Assembly: GCF_024521635.1 (NCBI RefSeq)
Contig: NW_026250419.1
Span: 496,001 to 560,000 of the forward strand
Direction of reading: 5' to 3'
Source: Tricharina praecox
Lineage: Eukaryota
Length of the DNA: 64,000 nucleotides
The translations under genes were made by a program, and so were the position numbers. Of this stretch, positions 61,569 through 64,000 are shown one piece after another. A model generated the notes under the pieces. That model saw only the letters and a list, made by a program, of their open reading frames with translations, ran no database searches and had not been told where the DNA came from. Position 1 is the stretch's first letter; each line of letters starts with the position of its first letter.

Positions 61569-63441
61569 TCACTGCGACGGGATAACCGGCAGTGTCACGT
61601 AGTTATGGAACTTCGGTCCAAAATGCAGATGATTCCTGCCTCTGAAGATTTTCTCCGGTCTGTACCATAATCAGCAGCCATACTACGATTGGAAGAGGGT
61701 GGTGGGAGCATACCGATCAGTTATCTCATTATGCAAAAAGATGCTACTGCCCTGGGTATCGCCACTAGCAACCTCAAACACGATTCTCGCCCCCTTCTCG
61801 ACGACCACATTGGTCGGCCAGATCTCCACATCGACGGGATAGATCTCGCCGGGGATGACTGGCTGGACGTCGGTAGAGAAGTAGTCTCTGTGCGGAAGCC
61901 ACGACCGGTGTCGCGCATGCTCCGTGTTCACTTTGCGCAGCGAGACGCGCAGCCAGCCTTTCGTCAGTGGCGCGGGGTCGCCCGCCGTGCCGGTGTAGAA
62001 TATCTCCTTTCCGTCCGCGCTTAGGTGCCGCAGCGTCAGGAAGAGATCGATGTCGCTGGGAGTGGGGCCTGTGGGGTCCGGCGTGACGGAGACGTTGAGG
62101 TGCGCGACCACGTTGCCGGTGATTTCCGTTTCGGTCTCGAACGGCGCGGTGGTGAAGTGTAGGAACTGCGGGGACTGGATGCTTCCCAGTGCGGGGTAGG
62201 AGACTTTTTGGTGGTGCGAAATCGTAGGGAGTTCCGTGACGAGGCCCAGGTCGTCGGGAGTGAGATGGTATTGTTGCCAGATGGTGCGTGCGATAGGCCA
62301 TTCGAGCTCGGTACGCCGCGTGTAGGCCTTTTCGGCGATGGCGTTGTTGAAGCCTACGTCGCCTTTGCGGAGGACGAGATCGACCGGGGGCACCTTGCCG
62401 GGGACCGACCAGCCGACGCGGTCATCGTCTTTGAGGAATGCGTCCAGAAAGCTCAGCTGGACTTCGACCTCCTCGTCGTAGTAGAAGGGGAGATCGTGAC
62501 GGCCGGTGATGAAGCGCAGGTACTTGAGCTTGCTGCCGGCATGAACCCAACCCTCCACGTTCCCGCGGAGATGAAGTAGTATCCCGCCCCAATTGGCGAC
62601 GGATAGCAGCGGAACAGTAACATCCTCCATGCTGTACTCCTTGCTCGCATAATACTCGTCATCACGAAACTTATTATTGCGGTTGTCGATATTCTGATCG
62701 CGCCTGTTCTCTTCGAGCTCCTGCTCGCTCAATTCCCCACGGCCGTGCTGATTGACGACCACCTGTCGATTCCACCAAAACTTGATGAAGTTGTTCGCCA
62801 GGATGCCGCCATGCCTGCACCGGTCACGATAGTAGTCACTCATTCCCTCCCAGGGCACAATCGCGGCGAGGCCCTTGGGCTGGCGCGCAGCAACCCGCCA
62901 CTGCGAGCCGGCATAGTAGCTGATCCCCAGCAACCCGACCTTCCCGCTCGACCATGGCTGCTCGGACGCCCACTCAACCACATCGAAGAATGCCTCGGCG
63001 GTGCCGCGGGACATGGTATTCAGCCGCCCGGGGGACGCTCCGATGCCCCGCTCATCGCACCGGATCACAACGTACTCCTTCGACGTCCAGAATCCGGGAT
63101 CTGGCGTCTCCCATGCGGAATGTTCCGAGTGGTGCTTGGGGTTGACCTCTTGATACGACGGGAGCCGGAAACTTCCCCCATTCCGTTAGCACCACTTTCC
63201 AACCTCACAACCACAGCACAGGGACTCACTCGCGGTAGTGGATATCCTTCCCGTACGGGCCATACGTGACTAAGACGGGGAACTTCTTCCCCTCGGCGAT
63301 TGAATGCGGGAGGTAGATATTCCCCCGAACCATCTGCTGCGCACTGGCGTCCGAGGTCTTGAGAGGGATCGAGACATTCTGGCGGTAGATGTATGGGAAG
63401 CTCGTAGAGTCTTCGGTCGAGATGTCAGCGTGCGAAGACAT
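61569..63441 (-). CDS. CocE/NonD family alpha/beta hydrolase (peptidase S15 + PepX_C); exons 63441-63230, 63171-61714, 61659-61569
   Basis: Motifs FPVLVTYGPYGKD, WETPDP, DERGIGASPG, WSSGKVGLLGISYYAG (GxSY nucleophile), GWLRVSLR and VEIWPTNVV. Both introns restore frame. Confidence 0.92.
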
Positions 63442-64000
63442 GGTGGGCGGTGGTGATGATGGTAATAATACTGCGGCGAATTCGACACTTCCAACGCGGG
63501 GAAGAAGGAGGTTTAACTACATGAGACATCTACAGCTTCGGATGTGGGGGACAGGGATCTGGACCTTCCCCCACATGGGCCGACGCGGATGCAGATCTAA
63601 CGGGAACCGAAAACGGAGAACTGCGAGTGATGATCCTTAAGTCCGCATGAACCCAACAACCGAACCCCCCCACCTCCGAATGCGGACCGATGCGGATTCG
63701 GAGATAATGGCTTCTGCAGCCTTGTCGGCGTGTGTTGCGGAGACCGAGCCGAGTCGATGTGAGTTCGGCCATCACCCTTCTGATTGGGCTAACTGGCACT
63801 TGGAGGTGTCGGTATGTGTGAAGACTTCTGAAATTCTGCGGGGCCTTCGGTGTCCATCACGGACTGCATAGTAACGGTGGTCGGTATTTACTGCCTCATG
63901 TCACCATCATTGCGTGTCTTTCGAAGACTCACGACTGTCACAGCACAGTTATATCATGCATGTAGGTAGTTGCAATTGCGTGTTGAATAAACGAGCTACC

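Overview
This is eukaryotic DNA from a filamentous ascomycete: short GT-AG introns with CTAAC/CTGAC branch sites, and AA9 LPMO, VAO and MARVEL genes. A Pezizomycete origin is plausible but cannot be shown from this window. About 17 spliced or single-exon protein genes can be reconstructed. They are an ABP1/CENP-B-type HTH + polyQ protein, a MARVEL protein, vanillyl-alcohol oxidase, a TPT-family transporter, an SDR, an OSCA/CSC1 (DUF221) channel, PP4 catalytic subunit, tubulin cofactor D, a membrane-anchored ankyrin protein, two tandem Ty1/copia Gag-like mini-genes, a bacterial-type AroQ/PchB chorismate mutase, a repeat protein, a GST, an orphan membrane protein, an AA9 LPMO and a CocE/NonD hydrolase. 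The window also holds an intron-containing tRNA-Tyr(GUA), an internally deleted EEP pseudogene, a complete but decayed Mutator (MULE) transposon with TIRs and a 9-bp TSD, and several microsatellites. The most notable unexplained signals are: (i) a ~150-nt, fully nested multi-helix element at 17436-17592 carrying Pol III A/B boxes in tRNA-like D and T loops plus a poly-T terminator, but not folding as a tRNA; (ii) two stand-alone, frame-preserved Gag-fragment genes; (iii) an intron-containing bacterial-type chorismate mutase; (iv) three Dx[DN]xDG Ca2+-binding-type loops in the OSCA channel. All family calls are from motif recognition by eye, not database searches.
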